Below the pieces are notes generated by a model, which searched no databases, was not told where the DNA came from, and was given only the letters and a program-made list of their open reading frames with translations. Position numbers and translations under genes: made by a program. Shown in pieces: positions 1-14,878 of a DNA stretch of 64,000 nucleotides. This DNA is from Eledone cirrhosa. Lineage: Eukaryota. The first letter of the stretch is position 1. Each line of letters opens with the position of its first letter. The stretch spans positions 244,466,001 through 244,530,000 of the forward strand of contig OZ024740.1 in the NCBI GenBank assembly GCA_964016885.1, given 5' to 3'.

Positions 1-542
1 TGGCCCCAACATATGAACTACTTTAGTGCTGGGTTTTTATCATATATTTATATACTGCATTGCTAGTTAGGCATAAACTACCAAGAGGATAATTATTAGG
101 ATTCCTACAGTTACAATTCATATTAGATAAAGAGCAGTCTCAACTGGAAAGTTTAATGTGTTAACCTTAGTATCCCTAGGCATGATCAGTGTGCTAGTAT
201 TCAAAGTACTAGATATGTTATTTGAGTTGGTATTAGGTGGATTGCGTTGTAATGGATCAAGATATCCTTAAATTTGTAACAGGCTGAGGGCTCCTTCAAT
301 TTACATATCCTTCTCCTCCAGGTTTCCCCTGTCTCCGAGTTTGTCTGGCTCTAATTAGCAAGTCACTGACTACTAGGTTATGCTGAAAGGTGCAATTCTC
401 ACTCAGGAGGGCCTTTGTGTTTATGATCATCGACCTATCTTGCTTTTTGGTAAGGATGAAATCTATTTAACTGGTGTGCTCGCCCGATCTATAGGTGATC
501 AAGTGGTTGTCAAGTTTTTTTTAATTAGTGCTACAATATTTA

Positions 543-619
<77 letters not shown>

Positions 620-1734
620 TATGCTAGCTATAAAGAGCATCATGTAAAGACTGGAAGTAAGAATGTGTTGTTTATAACTAGATTGGAGAAAGGATGAACT
701 ATAAGTATTAATAATATTTCTTCACCTGTGTTTATTCTATATAATTAATTATCTTAGTTTTATGCTCATCATCATCATTTAGTGTTTGCTTTCTTTTTCC
801 CCAAGTAGTCACCCATCTCAATACTAACTGGGCTCAAAGTTACTTAACTTTCGTGATTGGACGAGATCCTGTGTTTTCAGTATGATATAATAATATTAAA
901 AAAACCCAGTCTCTTTTAATTCCTTTTCCTGGCTTGATAAATTCAAATTACTTTTAATTCCTAGTTTATTTCTAGTATATTCAGTTTATGTATGGATAGA
1001 ACATTAGATAGAATGCTTTGCAGTATTTATTCTAGCTCTCTACACTCTCTGAGTTCAAATCCAATCGAAGTCAACTTTGTCTTTCATCCTTTCGAGATCA
1101 ATTAAAATACCAGTCCAGTACTGAGGTCAATTCTTCCTCTATATCTATTTCTCACTTCCTCTTTCATTTTTTTGCTTTTCTCTGGAGGAAAACAGCAGTT
1201 ACAGGTTTATACATATCCAATTTTAAGAGGCAACTAAAAGGTTGGTATGAAGTATGAAGACTTTCATGGGACCCACACAGCTAATTGCTGTTTTAGCAGA
1301 GAAAATGTTTTTAAAATGCTAGCTGCATGGATAAAGATATGCTGCCATTGTTTTGTATAGTTAGATAAATGAACATTAAAATATATTATTGGGGGAAAAA
1401 ATGGTCATGCCTTTGATTATAGGTCTTGCTTGATTAGGGCTGACCATGGGTTAAATAACAACAATAACAACACATTTACTATTTAAGTGCAGTACATTGC
1501 AGCAACACCTGGATTAACACACAGACAATTAACATTGCAAGTGATTAACATAATCAGGTAGACATTGCTAGCTGTAATATTCATTAATAGTTATAGGCCT
1601 AATTAATTTATTTATATCTACAGAAATGATCTGCCAAATTTGACAATAAACAATAACAATGATACAAACATGACCGGTGAGTTATGAAGTGAAAGACAAG
1701 TTCAATCTATGATGATGGGGAGTGAGTGAGAGAG

Positions 1735-1965
1735 AGGGTGGGTTAGGATGAGTAAGTGGGTGAGTGCATGGGTTTGGGTGAGTGGGAGTGTTTGGTGAGA
1801 GAGTAAGAGACTGGATGGGTTTCAATAAATGAGTGTGTGTGTGTTTGGGTGAGTGTATGGGTTTGGGTGAGTGCATGGGTTTGGGTGAGTGAGTGTGTGG
1901 GTGAGTGCATGGCTTTGGAAGAGTGAGTGGGTGAGTGCATGGCTTTGGGTGAATGAGTGAGTGAT
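1735..1965 (+). repeat. Minisatellite with a unit of about 18 bp (GGGTGAGTGCATGGGTTT)
   Basis: Multiple degenerate direct copies are visible. Confidence 0.75.
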
Positions 1966-2111
1966 AAGTGAGCAAGAAAATAAGCAAAGAGACTGTGACT
2001 AATGTTCTTTTCCCAACTTAGTGGTTCCTGTTTAATCCCACTGTGCAGCTCCTAGGGCAAGATAAGTTAATACTTGTGAGTACAATTTGGTAGATAGAAA
2101 CTGCACAGAAG

Positions 2112-2162
<51 letters not shown>

Positions 2163-5100
2163 GACACATACTCATACATATACATATGTATATGGAAGGG
2201 CATCCAGCTGTAGAAACCAAGCCAAAATCAGTTCTGTATAAGCAAGGCATGGTCACCTGACCTAGCTTTGCCCACAACAGGACAACTTGTCTAACCCATG
2301 ATTGTATAATAGAAGATACTTGCCTATACTTGAACTTGAAATGATGTGGCTGCATAGCAAACTTCTTAACCAGCCAGCCATAGGGAAGGGGAAAAAGTGT
2401 GGCATCAATGTGTATGAGAGAAAATTGTTGTTGAATAGCCAAAACAAGTAGAGACAGATCATCTGTGATGAGCCCAGCATTTTGATATAGCATGAATCAA
2501 ATACCTTAATGGTAACATGAGCATAGGAAACAGCATGAAGATACTAACTTCTATCATGAGATGGATAAAGAGATGCTGAGTATTCAAATGGAAGGAACCC
2601 ATAGAAGAGAAAGACGGAGGAAGACGCGAGAAGAAATAGTGAAGGTTGATCTCAGGATGCTGAACCTCACAAATATAACAAGAAGCTTGGTTACTGCAAG
2701 TCCTAGAAACAGACACCTTGGCTGGCTTGTCAATGAGTTAAGTAGTGATGGCAGGAGAAAAGATAGAGAAATATGTCAGCTTAAACAGTGGTTTCCTGAG
2801 ATATTTGAGAAGGAAGAGCTGTTAATTCTACAGAAATAATAGATTGATGAGAGAGAGAGGGAGGAAGAGAGAAAGAGATAGTAAGAAACAGAGAACAAGG
2901 AGTGACACAATGACAGAAAGAGCAGTGTGAGAGAGAGTTGTAGAGAGAGCAATAGACAAAGAGTAACTGTCAAGCAAGCAGAGATCCCCAATATTTCCTA
3001 TTACTTTTTATGTATTTGTATAGTAATTGGTCCACAGAACAAAAGATAGGTGGTATACAATATACTAGTATATATTAATTAATTGACATCTTACTTCAGA
3101 AGTAGGGAGGGAGGTGTAAAAGCCAAACTCGCTGTCTTCAATTCGGTATTCGTGCCAACTCTTACCTATGATCATGAATCTTGGGTAATGACCAAAAGAA
3201 TACAATCACAAATACAAGCAGCCAAAATGGGATTCCTCCAATAGATTGCATGGCTCGGAAATCAGACAGTTATTCTAGGTAGAGCCACCACTTCTTTGAA
3301 TTGAGAGATCACAGCTCTCATACTATGGGCATGTGGTTAGAATGTCTCAGAAAAGAATCACTGGACAGATTTTAAGGGCAAAAGCAACCAGCAGAAGACC
3401 CAGATGGTTGGATTACATCCATGAGTTTGGCTGGTCTCACTTGGAGATCCAGCCGGATCAGTTTGAGACAGTTACTTCTGACAGGACCCACTGGAAGGAG
3501 TGTTTGAGGACTCTGCTCCACAACCTTCTAAGGAATAAGTGGATGAAAAAGAAGAATACACCCTACCTCCATTGTAAAGAGACAGCTATCTCCCTACAGA
3601 AATAAAGATAATATAGCAATCATTTAATGCTATATAGTACTGTAGATTTTTAACTAACAATGTAAAATAACTTGTCAGTATAAATTTCCATACAGATTAT
3701 ATGATCATTATCATTTTATTCCATGCTGGCTTCAGTTGGATGAGTCATTACAAACCAAGTCAGTACTTAATTAGAATTATTGACCTTCTAGACAATCCAA
3801 GGAAACATGTCTGACCCCAAGGCATGGTTTCTATAACTGGATTCCTTTTCTAATGTCAACAATTTTACAGAGTATATTTGGTGCAGTTTATCATGATACC
3901 AGTGCTAGAGGGGTTGTCATGTCCTTGATACGACAGAAGAGTCCTCTCACCTCTATTTTGGCATGTTTTCTACGATTAGGTGCCCTTCTTAATGCCAAAC
4001 ATTTAACAATGCACTGAATGTATATTATCGTGGTGTCAGCAGGTTATCATGTCCTTGATGTGACTGAAGAGTTCTCTCAACTACACAGTTTACATCTACC
4101 AAATTTTACACACAAGGCTTTGGTAATAACGTTTAGCCAAGGAACCACACAGTGGGATCATATTCAAAATGGCACAGTTGTGATGTGAATTTTGAACCAC
4201 AAAGACATGCTTGTCAATATGTTAGCTACAACTTCCTCTGCATTTCTTTAACCCTTTCATTACTATATTTCTATTTTTAAATAAACAGGAATTTGGAAAG
4301 ATTTAACAATAAAAATAACTTTTTCATTATTGAGATGGTGTTTGAAGCATAGTTTCTTACATAAAATTATAATGGAATGTTTTTATAAACATAAACACTT
4401 GAAAGCAAGCAGTTTTTTTTGCTTTTCTATTTTTGTTGTTGTTTTTTTTTCCGTAGTATCAGGGCAGCTTCAGGTGGCTTGTTGTCAAAAGGATTAAATG
4501 AAACTAAAAAGTCAGAGACACTTAATATATAATGTCTAGCTTGATATTTGGTCTTACATCTTAGTTGGTTTAGTTATATTTTAGTAGAAAATAATGATTT
4601 CTAGCTGTCAGAAGGAAATAAATTTACAGGTTGGGTGTAGCAGATTATACTGTTGTCGCCAATGCCAGGTTAGGTGACCATGTCTAGTTCATACAGGCCC
4701 TATTTTGACTTGGTTTCTACAGCTGAATGCCCTTCCTAGCACCAACCTCATTTACAGTGAGTGCTGGGTACTTTTTGCCATGACACCTACATCACCACTT
4801 TACAGTGTGGACTGGGGTGCTTTTTGCTGTGACACCTACACGACTACTTTAGAGTGTGAACTGGGTACTTTTTGCTGTGACACCTACAAGACCACTTTCC
4901 AGTGTGGGCTGGGCACATTTTTGCCGTGTTGCTGTCACAACCACATTACAGTGTGGGCTGGAGGCTTCACAGAATGTATGCTTCAGCTTGTCCTCGTGGG
5001 AGTGGGTGGGTGGTGCATACTATTTATGAGCTTCGGTCTTGTCCTGTGCCTGTGGGAAGTCTGATCTTCTGTAACACTGTGTAACGCCAGATATCTCGAT

Positions 5101-5201
5101 CTTGTGTCATCACCTTTGAGAGGTGCAATATATATATATATAGGGCGGTGCCCTAGCATGGCCTCAGCCGGATGGCTGGAACAGGTAAGAGAGTAAAAGA
5201 G

Positions 5202-5234
<33 letters not shown>

Positions 5235-5699
5235 ATTGTATATATATATATATATATATACACATATATATATTTAAACATGGTTGGTGTTAGGAAGGGC
5301 ATCCATCTGCCAAAATCCCAGCCAAATTACAGCTCTGTCTGAGCAGCCTGACCAACTGGCTAGACTTGTCTCATGACATGGGCGATCCGTCTAACCCATG
5401 CAAACATGGAAAAATAGACATGTGATGATGATGATGATATGTGTATATATATGGCAACACGGCAAAATGCGCGCAGCCCACACTGTAAAGTGGTCACGTA
5501 GACGTCACAATAAAAAGCACCCACTACTCACTGTAAATGAGGTGGGCGCTAGGAAGGGTATCCAGCTATAGAAACCAAGCCAAAATTGGTTCTGATGAGC
5601 ATGACATGGCCACCTGACCTAGATTTGCTCACAGCAGGATAACTCATCTAACCCATGCCAATGTGGAAAAATGGACGTTAAACAATGATGATGATGTAC

Positions 5700-6026
5700 T
5701 AGCACTCCATCGGTTACGGCGATGAGTGTTCCAGTTGATCAGATCAATGGAACAGCCTGCTCCTGAAATTAACGTGAAAGTGGCTGAACATTCCACTGAC
5801 ACACATACCGTTAATGTAGTTCTCAGGGAGATTCAGTTCAGTGTGACACAGAATGTGACAAAGCTGGCCCTTCGAATTACAGGTACAACTCATTTTTGCC
5901 AGCTGAATAGACTGGAGCAATGTGAAATAATGTGTCATGCTCAAGGACATAACGCCCTGCCGGGAATCAAACTCACAACCTTATGATCTCCAGCCAAATG
6001 CGGTAACCACAAAGCGACGCACCTTC
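5700..6026 (-). mobile_element. tRNA-derived SINE (second family; copy at about 44690-44998 minus, related heads at about 10040-10110 and 31220-31350)
   Basis: tRNA-like head with A/B boxes followed by CCTTGAGCA..CAC and a conserved body. Confidence 0.75.
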
Positions 6027-6341
6027 ACATACATATATATATATATACATATATATATATTTATCTATATAAATATATACATGTGTGTGTGAGTCTGTGA
6101 GGTTGGTGCTAGGAAGGACATCCAACCATACAACCCATGCAAAATATGCATGAGCAAGATGTGGTTCTGTGACATGTTGTCAACCTTCTTGCAGTAGGCA
6201 CTGGAAACTGATCACTGATCTCAATCAAGTGAACAACAACAGACACAAACACAAAAAGAAAAAGAACATGACAACCTATCAACCTATGCCAGCAAGAAAA
6301 TTGAACATAAAATGATAATGATGATTACAAATCATCACTAT

Positions 6342-6398
<57 letters not shown>

Positions 6399-7350
6399 TA
6401 TATATTCTCAGACCGGGTGATGTGTTGTTTCCTTGAGCAAGACACTTTATTTCACATTGCTCCAGTTTACTCAGCTGTAGAAATGAGATGATAGGACTGG
6501 GGTCCCTATCATACCACTGCAAAGTGGTCGTGGAGGTGCCATGGCAAGAAAGCACCCACCCCACACTGTAAAGTGGACGTGTAGGCACCACGGAAAAAAA
6601 GCACCCAGCACTCACTGTAAATGAGGTTGGTGTTAGGAAGGGCATCCAGCTGTAGAAATCAAGCCAGAATCAGTTCCCGCATGAGCAAGACAAGGTCAGC
6701 CGACGGACACTACATGAGAGCAGAGTACACAAACACTGCTTCCAGTGGGTCCTGTCAGAAGGAACCGTCTCCAACTGATCCGGCTTGATCACTAAGGGTG
6801 ACCAGCCAAGCTCATGGATGTTATCTAACCATCTTGCTTGGAGTATACCCCTAAGTCTCTTGCCAGTTGGTTTTCCCGTAAAATCTATCCAGCGATTCTT
6901 TTCTGAGACATTCTAACCACATTCTAACCACTCTCAATTTGGAGAAGTAACAGTTCTACCTGGAGTGACTCTCTAATCTCCAAGCTACACACTTTATCAA
7001 GTAACATTACTCCAAAGACCCTTCGGAGGAACCCCATTTTGGCTGCTTGTATTTGCAGTCATTACCTGAGATTCACGAACATAGGTAAGGGTTTTTTTAA
7101 ATGTATATATATATATATATATATATATACATTTTAAAAAAAAAAAATCGAAAATGTATGTATAGGTGCCACGGCAAAAAAGCACCCAGCACTCACTGTA
7201 AATGAGGTTGGTGTTAGGAAGGGCATCCAGCTGTAGAAATCAAGCCAGAATCAGTTCCCGTCCCACCCTTGCAAGCAGGGAAAAGCGTACGTAAAATGAA
7301 ATGATATATAGATTTTCATTTATATATATATTAAAAAAAAATCGAAAATG

Positions 7351-7470
<120 letters not shown>

Positions 7471-7509
7471 CATTTTCGATTTTTTTTTTTTAAATGTATA
7501 TATATATAT

Positions 7510-8362
7510 CATGCCTGGCAAAGAAATTCAGGGAGATTGTCGAGTCCAAGCTAATTGATGAACAGTGTGGTTTTCGCCCTGTACGCAGCACAGCTGACCA
7601 AATATTCACTCTGTGGCAGGTATTTGAGAAATCGTGGGAGTATTGCCAAGAAGTATATTCATGTTTTGTCGACCTTGAGAAAGCATATGACCGCGTTCCT
7701 CAAGACCTGTTGTGGAAGCTTCTGCTGGAGTATGAAATTGATGGTCAGCTTCTTGCTGCCTTGATTTGCATTTGATAGGTTTGATGGCGAGTCCTGCATG
7801 GCTGGAATGAAAATCAGAGCTGATCGAAGGCAGGAGGCTGAATTATGTGCAAGAATTGCAGAAGCTGGTGCAGTAATGCACCAGCTTTTGCATTCAGAAG
7901 GGAGAGAGGTGTTAAAGCCAAACTCACTATCTGCAATTCGGTTTCCGTGCCAACCCTTACCTATGTTCATGAATCTCAGGTAATGACTGCAAATACAAGC
8001 AGCCAAAATGGGGTTCCTCCGAAGGGTCTTTGGAGTAATGTTACTTGATAAAGTGCGTAGCTTGGAGATTAGAGAGTCACTCCAGGTAGAACTGTTACTT
8101 CTCCAAATTGAGAGTGGTTAGAATGCGGTTAGAATGTCTCAGAAAAGAATCGCTGGATAGATTTTACGGGAAAACCAACTGGCAAGAGACTTAGGGGTAG
8201 ACTCCAAGCAAGATGGTTAGATAACATCCATGAGCTTGGCTGGTCACCCTTAGTGATCAAGCCGGATCAGTTGGAGACGGTTCCTTCTGACAGGACCCAC
8301 TGGAAGCAGTGTTTGAGTACTCTGCTCCCATGACCCTGTGAGAAATAAGTGGGTGAAGAAGA
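7510..8362 (+). mobile_element. Internally deleted RTE LINE fragment (related copies at about 3100-3560 and 26830-26980)
   Basis: DEQCGFRPVRSTADQIFTL, FVDLEKAYDRVP and KAKLT.CNSVSVPTLTY. Confidence 0.8.
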
Positions 8363-8536
8363 TATATATACATATATATATGCATATATCTGTTAGTGTT
8401 TGTATTAACATATACACTACTAATTAACCAGTGATGTTTGTTATTGCCCTGTTACTTAGCAGTTCAACAAATAGATATCGATGAAATAAGTATCAGATTT
8501 AAAAAATAAGTACTAGAGTTGTTATGATTAACTGAA

Positions 8537-9185
8537 TTAACGTAGATTAGAGAGAAACGAAGCCTGCATGCTCCGATGGATGTGTAACAGTAATATACGC
8601 GAACGACAAAGCATAAGAGGAATCAAATGCTGTGTGCAGGAGAGGCGGTTGCGCTGGTATGGACATGTGATGCGTATGAAGGATGACAGCTGCATAAAAA
8701 GGTGCAGAGAACTAGAAGTCGATGGAAACCGCACAGTGGGGAGACCCAAGATGACCTGAGATGAGGTGATAAAAGCCGACCTTACCCAATTACACCTCTC
8801 AAAGGCGATGACACACGGCCGTGACCTCTGGCGTCACGCAGTAATACAGAGTACCCGACCTCCCATGGGTACAAGCTGAAGCATATAGACAATATGCCCC
8901 CACACCCCCCACCGCAAGGTGGTCGTGGATGTGCCACGGCAAAAAAGCACCCAGCCCACACTGTAAAGTGGATGTGTAGGCGCCACAAAAAAGCACCCAG
9001 CACTCACTGTAAATGAGGTTGGTGTTAGGAAGGGCATCCAGCTGTAGAAATCAAGCCAAATCAGTTCCTGTATGAGCAAGGCATGGTCAGCCGACCAGAC
9101 ACTGCCCACAACAGGACAACCCGTCTAACCCATGCTAGCGTGGAAGAACGGACGTAAAACGGTGATGATGATGATGATGATGAAT
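8537..9185 (+). mobile_element. RTE LINE 3' end with long 3' UTR (related copy at about 55575-56260, minus)
   Basis: MLRWMC...RRLRWYGHVMR...GRPK, then a tail ending GGACGTAAAAC..(GAT)n. Confidence 0.8.
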
Positions 9186-11258
9186 TCTTTTACTGCAATA
9201 CCCCAGCATGGCTGCAGCTCTGTGACTGAAACCCCAAAAGAATAACACAATAAGTTTAGGGAACCACTTTTCTAGATCCTTACCTATCCACCTGCCTAAC
9301 CCACATTTTTCCTTATTAATGTCTGGATAGAATAAATCTTCTTTGCAACTAGAAACATTAACTTCTCCTTTACCAATTGCTTGCTGGTGCGTGGGAGGTA
9401 GTGGTGATATGTAACTAACTTATTAGCCATAAAACGTGGCACCAGTCCTTCAAAGTGAATCACAGAAAGAAGCAGAAAAAAACACAGCACACATTGGCAT
9501 TAGTTACAGCACGTTCCTCCTCTCTCTATATATATATTACAGAAAAAAATTCTAGAAGTTTCTATCATCATCATCATCATCATTACTAATACTATTACAA
9601 TTTTACTTCTATTATTACTACTATTATTGTTGATGATGTTAAGAGCATCAACATCATCATAAACGTTTAATTTGAGAGGGTGAACAATTGCTGCTGACTC
9701 AGGGCAATTTTTCACCATTATCAACAACATCAGTTCCGTTGAGAAATAAATCCACCTAAGAGTACTTTTATAGCAAGTAGATTTTACATTTCTTAGAATT
9801 TATCGAGCGATCACCATGTTCAAATAATATGTTCCGTCTTATATATATATATATATCAAACTATATGGTGTAAACTAACTTATAGATTTGAAAATATTTT
9901 CGAAATTGTCGATCAAACTAAAAAAGTAAAGAAGCCGATCGACAGATCTGACAAAGGAAATTTCCCTTCGTCTATCCTTTATTGTTACAATCTGCCGGTC
10001 GCAATTCCGGTTAGAAACAGCAGCATCAAATGAAAAATTTGGTTAAAGAACACAACGCGCCGCCCGGTCCAGGAATCGAACTCACGAGCTTATGACCACG
10101 AGTTCAACACTTTAATATATATATGTGTGTGTGTGTGTGTGCAAGAGTATGTGTGTATATGACTGTAAATCAACAAAATTTTCATGTTTTATTAACGAGT
10201 TGACAAAAAAAAATTCAAATTCTTTGTTTTGATGATTTTAACATTTATTTTTCTCATGGCCCCTAAACTAGTGAATTTTCGGAAATTTTCCTAATTAAAA
10301 AAAAAACGACGACTAGTTTCTAGAAATTGTTGATTGGGTAGAGAAATAAATTATTTCCTCGAAAGTAGAAGGGAGATGAAGAACAAACAAATAAAAACAA
10401 AGCAGGAAGGGGAGATGCATAGAGAGAGAGACGTGTCTTGTAAGATATAATGTTATTAAGTGAAAACAAAAGTTTGTCCACAGACTGACAACTACAGATA
10501 TAGAAAACTTATTTCAGAGACAACACATAAATACAGACGACGGCGGTGGCGAGAAAAGGGTTTGCAAGTTTAATAACATAATGGTAATTGTTTGTGAGGG
10601 TGGAGAGAGAATATTCTAGTGTTGTTTGACAGGAGAAAAAAAATGTACACTCGTAGTTTTAAAGAAATCTCCAGAATATTAACTCGTTAATTTGGCTGAT
10701 GAAATTTACTGGTGATGCAGGGAAGGGGAACTAGAACAGAGAGTCACACATATAGGGAAGTTCATGTGAGTGTACGTATGTGTACTTGGGTGTTTGTTAT
10801 TGAGTCAGCACAGCGACTATGCTAAGAGTACACGTGTCTATGGAATACTCAGCCACTTACATGAGCTCGCTATACTAGTCAGCCTGGGTTGATTAAACAA
10901 GATCATTTACTATATTACAGTGTGCGTGCATTTGAAATATATTGGATTTGAAATACATTGGATTTAAAAAGAGGAGAAAAAGTGCTCAATTATTAATAAA
11001 TAATTGTTTATTATACACTATGTTGCGTCTCTGAGTGCCACAATTGCTCACTAATCCCACAGATAAATTCTTTTATCAATTTAGTAGGTTATATCGGCCC
11101 TGATAAATTTTTTTCCCGTTTGGTACTTATTTCATCAATTTCTTTTTGTCGAACTGTCATGTTATTGGAAATTAACAAAGACACTGCTACAAACGTAAAC
11201 ACACACACACATATATACGATGGTCTTCATAAATGATATGAAATTTATATATATATAA

Positions 11259-11308
<50 letters not shown>

Positions 11309-11367
11309 AAAGGCTCTGATACCATCAAGACTATAAACACAGAGCTGGCATATCTAAGAACTGACTA

Positions 11368-11423
11368 ACTGCCTGATGAGGTCATAGCCATTCAATGGCT
11401 ATCATCGAAATATATATAGCAGT
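11368..11423 (+). ncRNA. Type I hammerhead ribozyme (minimal stem III)
   Basis: ACTGC-CTGATGA-[ATAGCCA/TGGCTAT stem II]-GAAA-TATATA-TA-GCAGT. Stem I is ACTGC/GCAGT and AATAAA follows. The cassette (about 11305-11470) is flanked by (TA)n. Confidence 0.8.
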
Positions 11424-11957
11424 AAATAAAGGATTATGAGTTCATGCAGACTTATGTTTCGTCACTAAGTATATATATATATATAAGTATATATATATAA
11501 ATATATATATATATATGTTGTACATCCGAAATATGTATAATAAAATGTAATTGATCAAAAGAACATCTATTTTATTAATACTTATATTTTAATATTAATA
11601 ACTCCTGAAAATTATTTTCTGTTGAGTGCTTCCAATCTACTGTAAAACTCATTCTTTGACATAATCATTGAATATTGTTTAACAACTTAATATAAGTATA
11701 TATATATATATATATATATAAGTATGTATGTATACGTACATACATATATGTATACAGACGTACAGTAGCATGCATATATATATTATACATACATGTACAC
11801 ATATATATATGTACGTATCAGTTTAGCGAACGTTTATTATAACGCCCGCTTTGTCCGTTTGTAAACAAGCGAACAGCCTGATTTATGCCATACGGTGTTA
11901 AGGCAACCACGTAGGACAGAACAAAGGAGAGGCACAGAAACAAAGAAAGGAATCCCC

Positions 11958-12002
11958 AGTCACTGAAGAGGTCACAGAGTGTGTGACGAAAGAACTATGA
12001 CT
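11958..12002 (+). ncRNA. Type I hammerhead ribozyme (minimal)
   Basis: AGTCA-CTGAAGA-G-GTCACA gagtg TGTGAC-GAAA-GAAC-TA-TGACT, with perfect stem I and stem II. Confidence 0.8.
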
Positions 12003-12144
12003 ATATATAAACAACTATCTGGTTGTGGAACCAACCAACCAACCAGAAATTTATAAATTTATAAATTTATAAATATATAATAAATTGAAGTGAAAGCAAT
12101 TGGTGCGTGTGTTTCTTATTGGCAACATGACCCTCCCAAAGTAT

Positions 12145-12182
<38 letters not shown>

Positions 12183-12492
12183 ATAATTGTTTCTACTTTT
12201 GGCACAAGGCCAGCAAAATACCCAGTGCATTACTGGTACTTTATTCTATCGACCCCCATAGGGATGAAAGGCAAAGTTAACCTCGGCGGGATTTGAACTC
12301 AGAATGATATAATAATAATAATACTATTTATAGTTATGTACATACTATAAACAACTATAAACAGGAAAGGTCAGTAATTTCTTACTACCTTATTACCAGT
12401 AAGGGAAATAGCTCAACGTAGGAACATCAGGTGTTTTACAGAGCTGGAATATAAATTACGCAATTATCAAAGTTATGTTCAAATCATTTAAT

Positions 12493-12539
12493 TGCTGACA
12501 ATCGTTTCTTCCAAACTTTTGTTTGGAGTCATCAGAGCA
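12493..12539 (-). ncRNA. Type I hammerhead ribozyme
   Basis: Minus strand: TGCT-CTGATGA-c TCCAAAC aaaa GTTTGGA a-GAAA-CGATTG-TC-AGCA, with a GUC cleavage triplet. Confidence 0.8.
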
Positions 12540-13322
12540 TTAGCAATGTGTGTACATATAATTAACCTCCTATTTAACTGAACAATCATATAGATACATA
12601 TATATTGATGTTGTGAACAATAGTTTCGTATTTACAGGGTGTAAGGGATGCAACATATATTATACGAGAATTGTACAATAATTCAAATTAAAAGCACAGA
12701 GTGGAATACATGTGACAGATAATACAAGAGAATAGTCTAATAATTAAAGAGGCATTGAGGAAGAAAGAGGACACGAGCAGTACATATGCAAGTGTGTAGA
12801 AAGTGCACATGCGTTAGTCATATGTATGAGAAGGAAATAAGCAAAGGTATTAGGCATTTATAGATAAATAAATAAATACTGTATGGCAAGCAAATGTGTT
12901 AATGTATTAAAAATTTGTGGTGGACGTAGTATGATGATAGTGTTCGAATTTGTGTGTGTTGAGAAAATCAAAGTTATTGTAGTCTTTTCCATTACATATG
13001 TTAAATTATATTTTAATTCATGTTTTTATTGAATGTTTTATGTTAGTTACAGCAATGGATTGTAAATTGGTCTTATTGTATTCTTATTCATGGATTAGAG
13101 TTGTTCAACAGGTAGTTTTCCAGTGGTTTAATTTCCGTATTATCTGTCGCATGTATTCCACTCTGTGCTTTTAATTTGAATTTGTGTACAATTCCCGTAT
13201 AATATATGTTGCATCCCTTACACCCTGTAAATACGAAACTATTGTTCACAACATCAATATATATGTATCTATATGATTGTTCAGTTGAATAGGAGGTTAA
13301 TTATATGTACAAACATTGCTAA

Positions 13323-13369
13323 TGCTCCGATGACTCCAAACGAAAGTTTGGAAGAAACGATTGTCAGCA
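13323..13369 (+). ncRNA. Hammerhead ribozyme, inverted copy of 12493-12539 with a core mutation (CCGATGA)
   Basis: TGCT-CCGATGA-c TCCAAAC GAAA GTTTGGA a-GAAA-CGATTG-TC-AGCA. Stem II is capped by a GAAA tetraloop; U4 is changed to C. Confidence 0.7.
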
Positions 13370-13668
13370 ATTAAATGATTTGAAAATAACTTTGATAATT
13401 GTGTAATTTCTATATATATATATATATAATATATTTAGAAACACACAGATACATGCGGACACACACATATATACATGAATGCATCCGCACCCAACTGTGA
13501 GTTAAGGGTGCCAACTTCACCGATGTTGCTCAATGAATGACCGGGACAGACCAATTCAGTTTGAACCAGACTGAACCAGTATCAGAGTTAAAAATACATT
13601 ATGAAGAGAGAAGAAACATTTAGATATAATTAGTAATAAAATGTATCATACCTAAACTGTTCCTAAAT

Positions 13669-13756
13669 TCCTCGACTACGTAGTTTCGTGGCATAAACAA
13701 AAACAGTATATCAAAGATATAGAGTCCTTGCGAGGTCTGCCGACTTATCAAGAGGA
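13669..13756 (-). ncRNA. Type I hammerhead ribozyme, U3-A8 core variant with extended stem II
   Basis: Minus strand: TCCTC-TTGATAA-GTcGGCA...TGCCAC-GAAA-CTACGTAG-TC-GAGGA, with palindromic stem III and GUC triplet. Confidence 0.75.
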
Positions 13757-14878
13757 TACCTCATTTTACTAGTCTCAAGAACGCGTCTACATGACGTGAG
13801 AAAGAATCCCAAAAGGCGGAGGGGGAGATAGTCACGCGATATAACGGTCGAGAAACAGAGCTAAGCCTCTTATAACCACGAAGAAAATACCACAGAGGCG
13901 GAGGGGGTATTCATATCGAGGCCGTAGAAGAGGTAGTGAAGAAGGCGAGAAGTATGAGTAATGGAAGCTTTCCAGTTGTCCCCACACTTCAAAGATTGCT
14001 CGACCAGAGGGAGTTATTAATATATTTAGAAACACACAGATACATGCGGACACACACATATATACATGAATGCATCCGCACCCAACTGTGAGTTAAGGGT
14101 GCCAACTTCACCGATGTTGCTCAATGAATGACCGGGACAGACCAATTCAGTTTGAACCAGACTGAACCAGTATCAGAGTTAAAAATACATTATGAAGAGA
14201 GAAGAAACATTTAGATATAATTAGTAATAAAATGTATCATACCTAAACTGTTCCTAAATTCCTCGACTACGTAGTTTCGTGGCATAAACAAAAACAGTAT
14301 ATCAAAGATCTCGCAAGGACTCTATATCTTTGATATACTGTTTTTGTTTATGCCACGAAACTACGTAGTCGAGGAATTTAGGAACAGTTTAGGTATGATA
14401 CATTTTATTACTAATTATATCTAAATGTTTCTTCTCTCTTCATAATGTATTTTTAACTCTGATACTGGTTCAGTCTGGTTCAAACTGAATTGGTCTGTCC
14501 CGGTCATTCATTGAGCAACATCGGTGAAGTTGGCACCCTTAACTCACAGTTGGGTGCGGATGCATTCATGTATATATGTGTGTGTCCGCATGTATCTGTG
14601 TGTTTCTAAATATATTAATAACTCCCTCTGGTCGAGCAATCTTTGAAGTGTGGGGACAACTGGAAAGCTTCCATTACTCATACTTCTCGCCTTCTTCACT
14701 ACCTCTTCTACGGCCTCGATATGAATACCCCCTCCGCCTCCGTGGTATTTTCTTCGTGGTTATAAGAGGCTTAGCTCTGTTTCTCGACCGTTATATCGCG
14801 TGACTATCTCCCCCTCCGCCTTTTGGGATTCTTTCTCACGTCATGTAGACGCGTTCTTGAGACTAGTAAAATGAGGTA

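Larger units (their letters stand above)
12440..13410. mobile_element. Hammerhead cassette with inverted terminal duplication
   Basis: About 12455-12725 is the reverse complement of about 13138-13410, with several substitutions. The ribozymes point outward. Confidence 0.7.

Noticed and set aside
9280-9425. Possible minus-strand exon ending at a GTAAG donor
   Set aside because: The translation does not resemble the expected COLGALT continuation (DHN.DNT...W) and the acceptor is weak.
13832-14803. Twin 75-aa ORFs
   Set aside because: They arise from the inverted non-coding repeat and show no recognisable domain.
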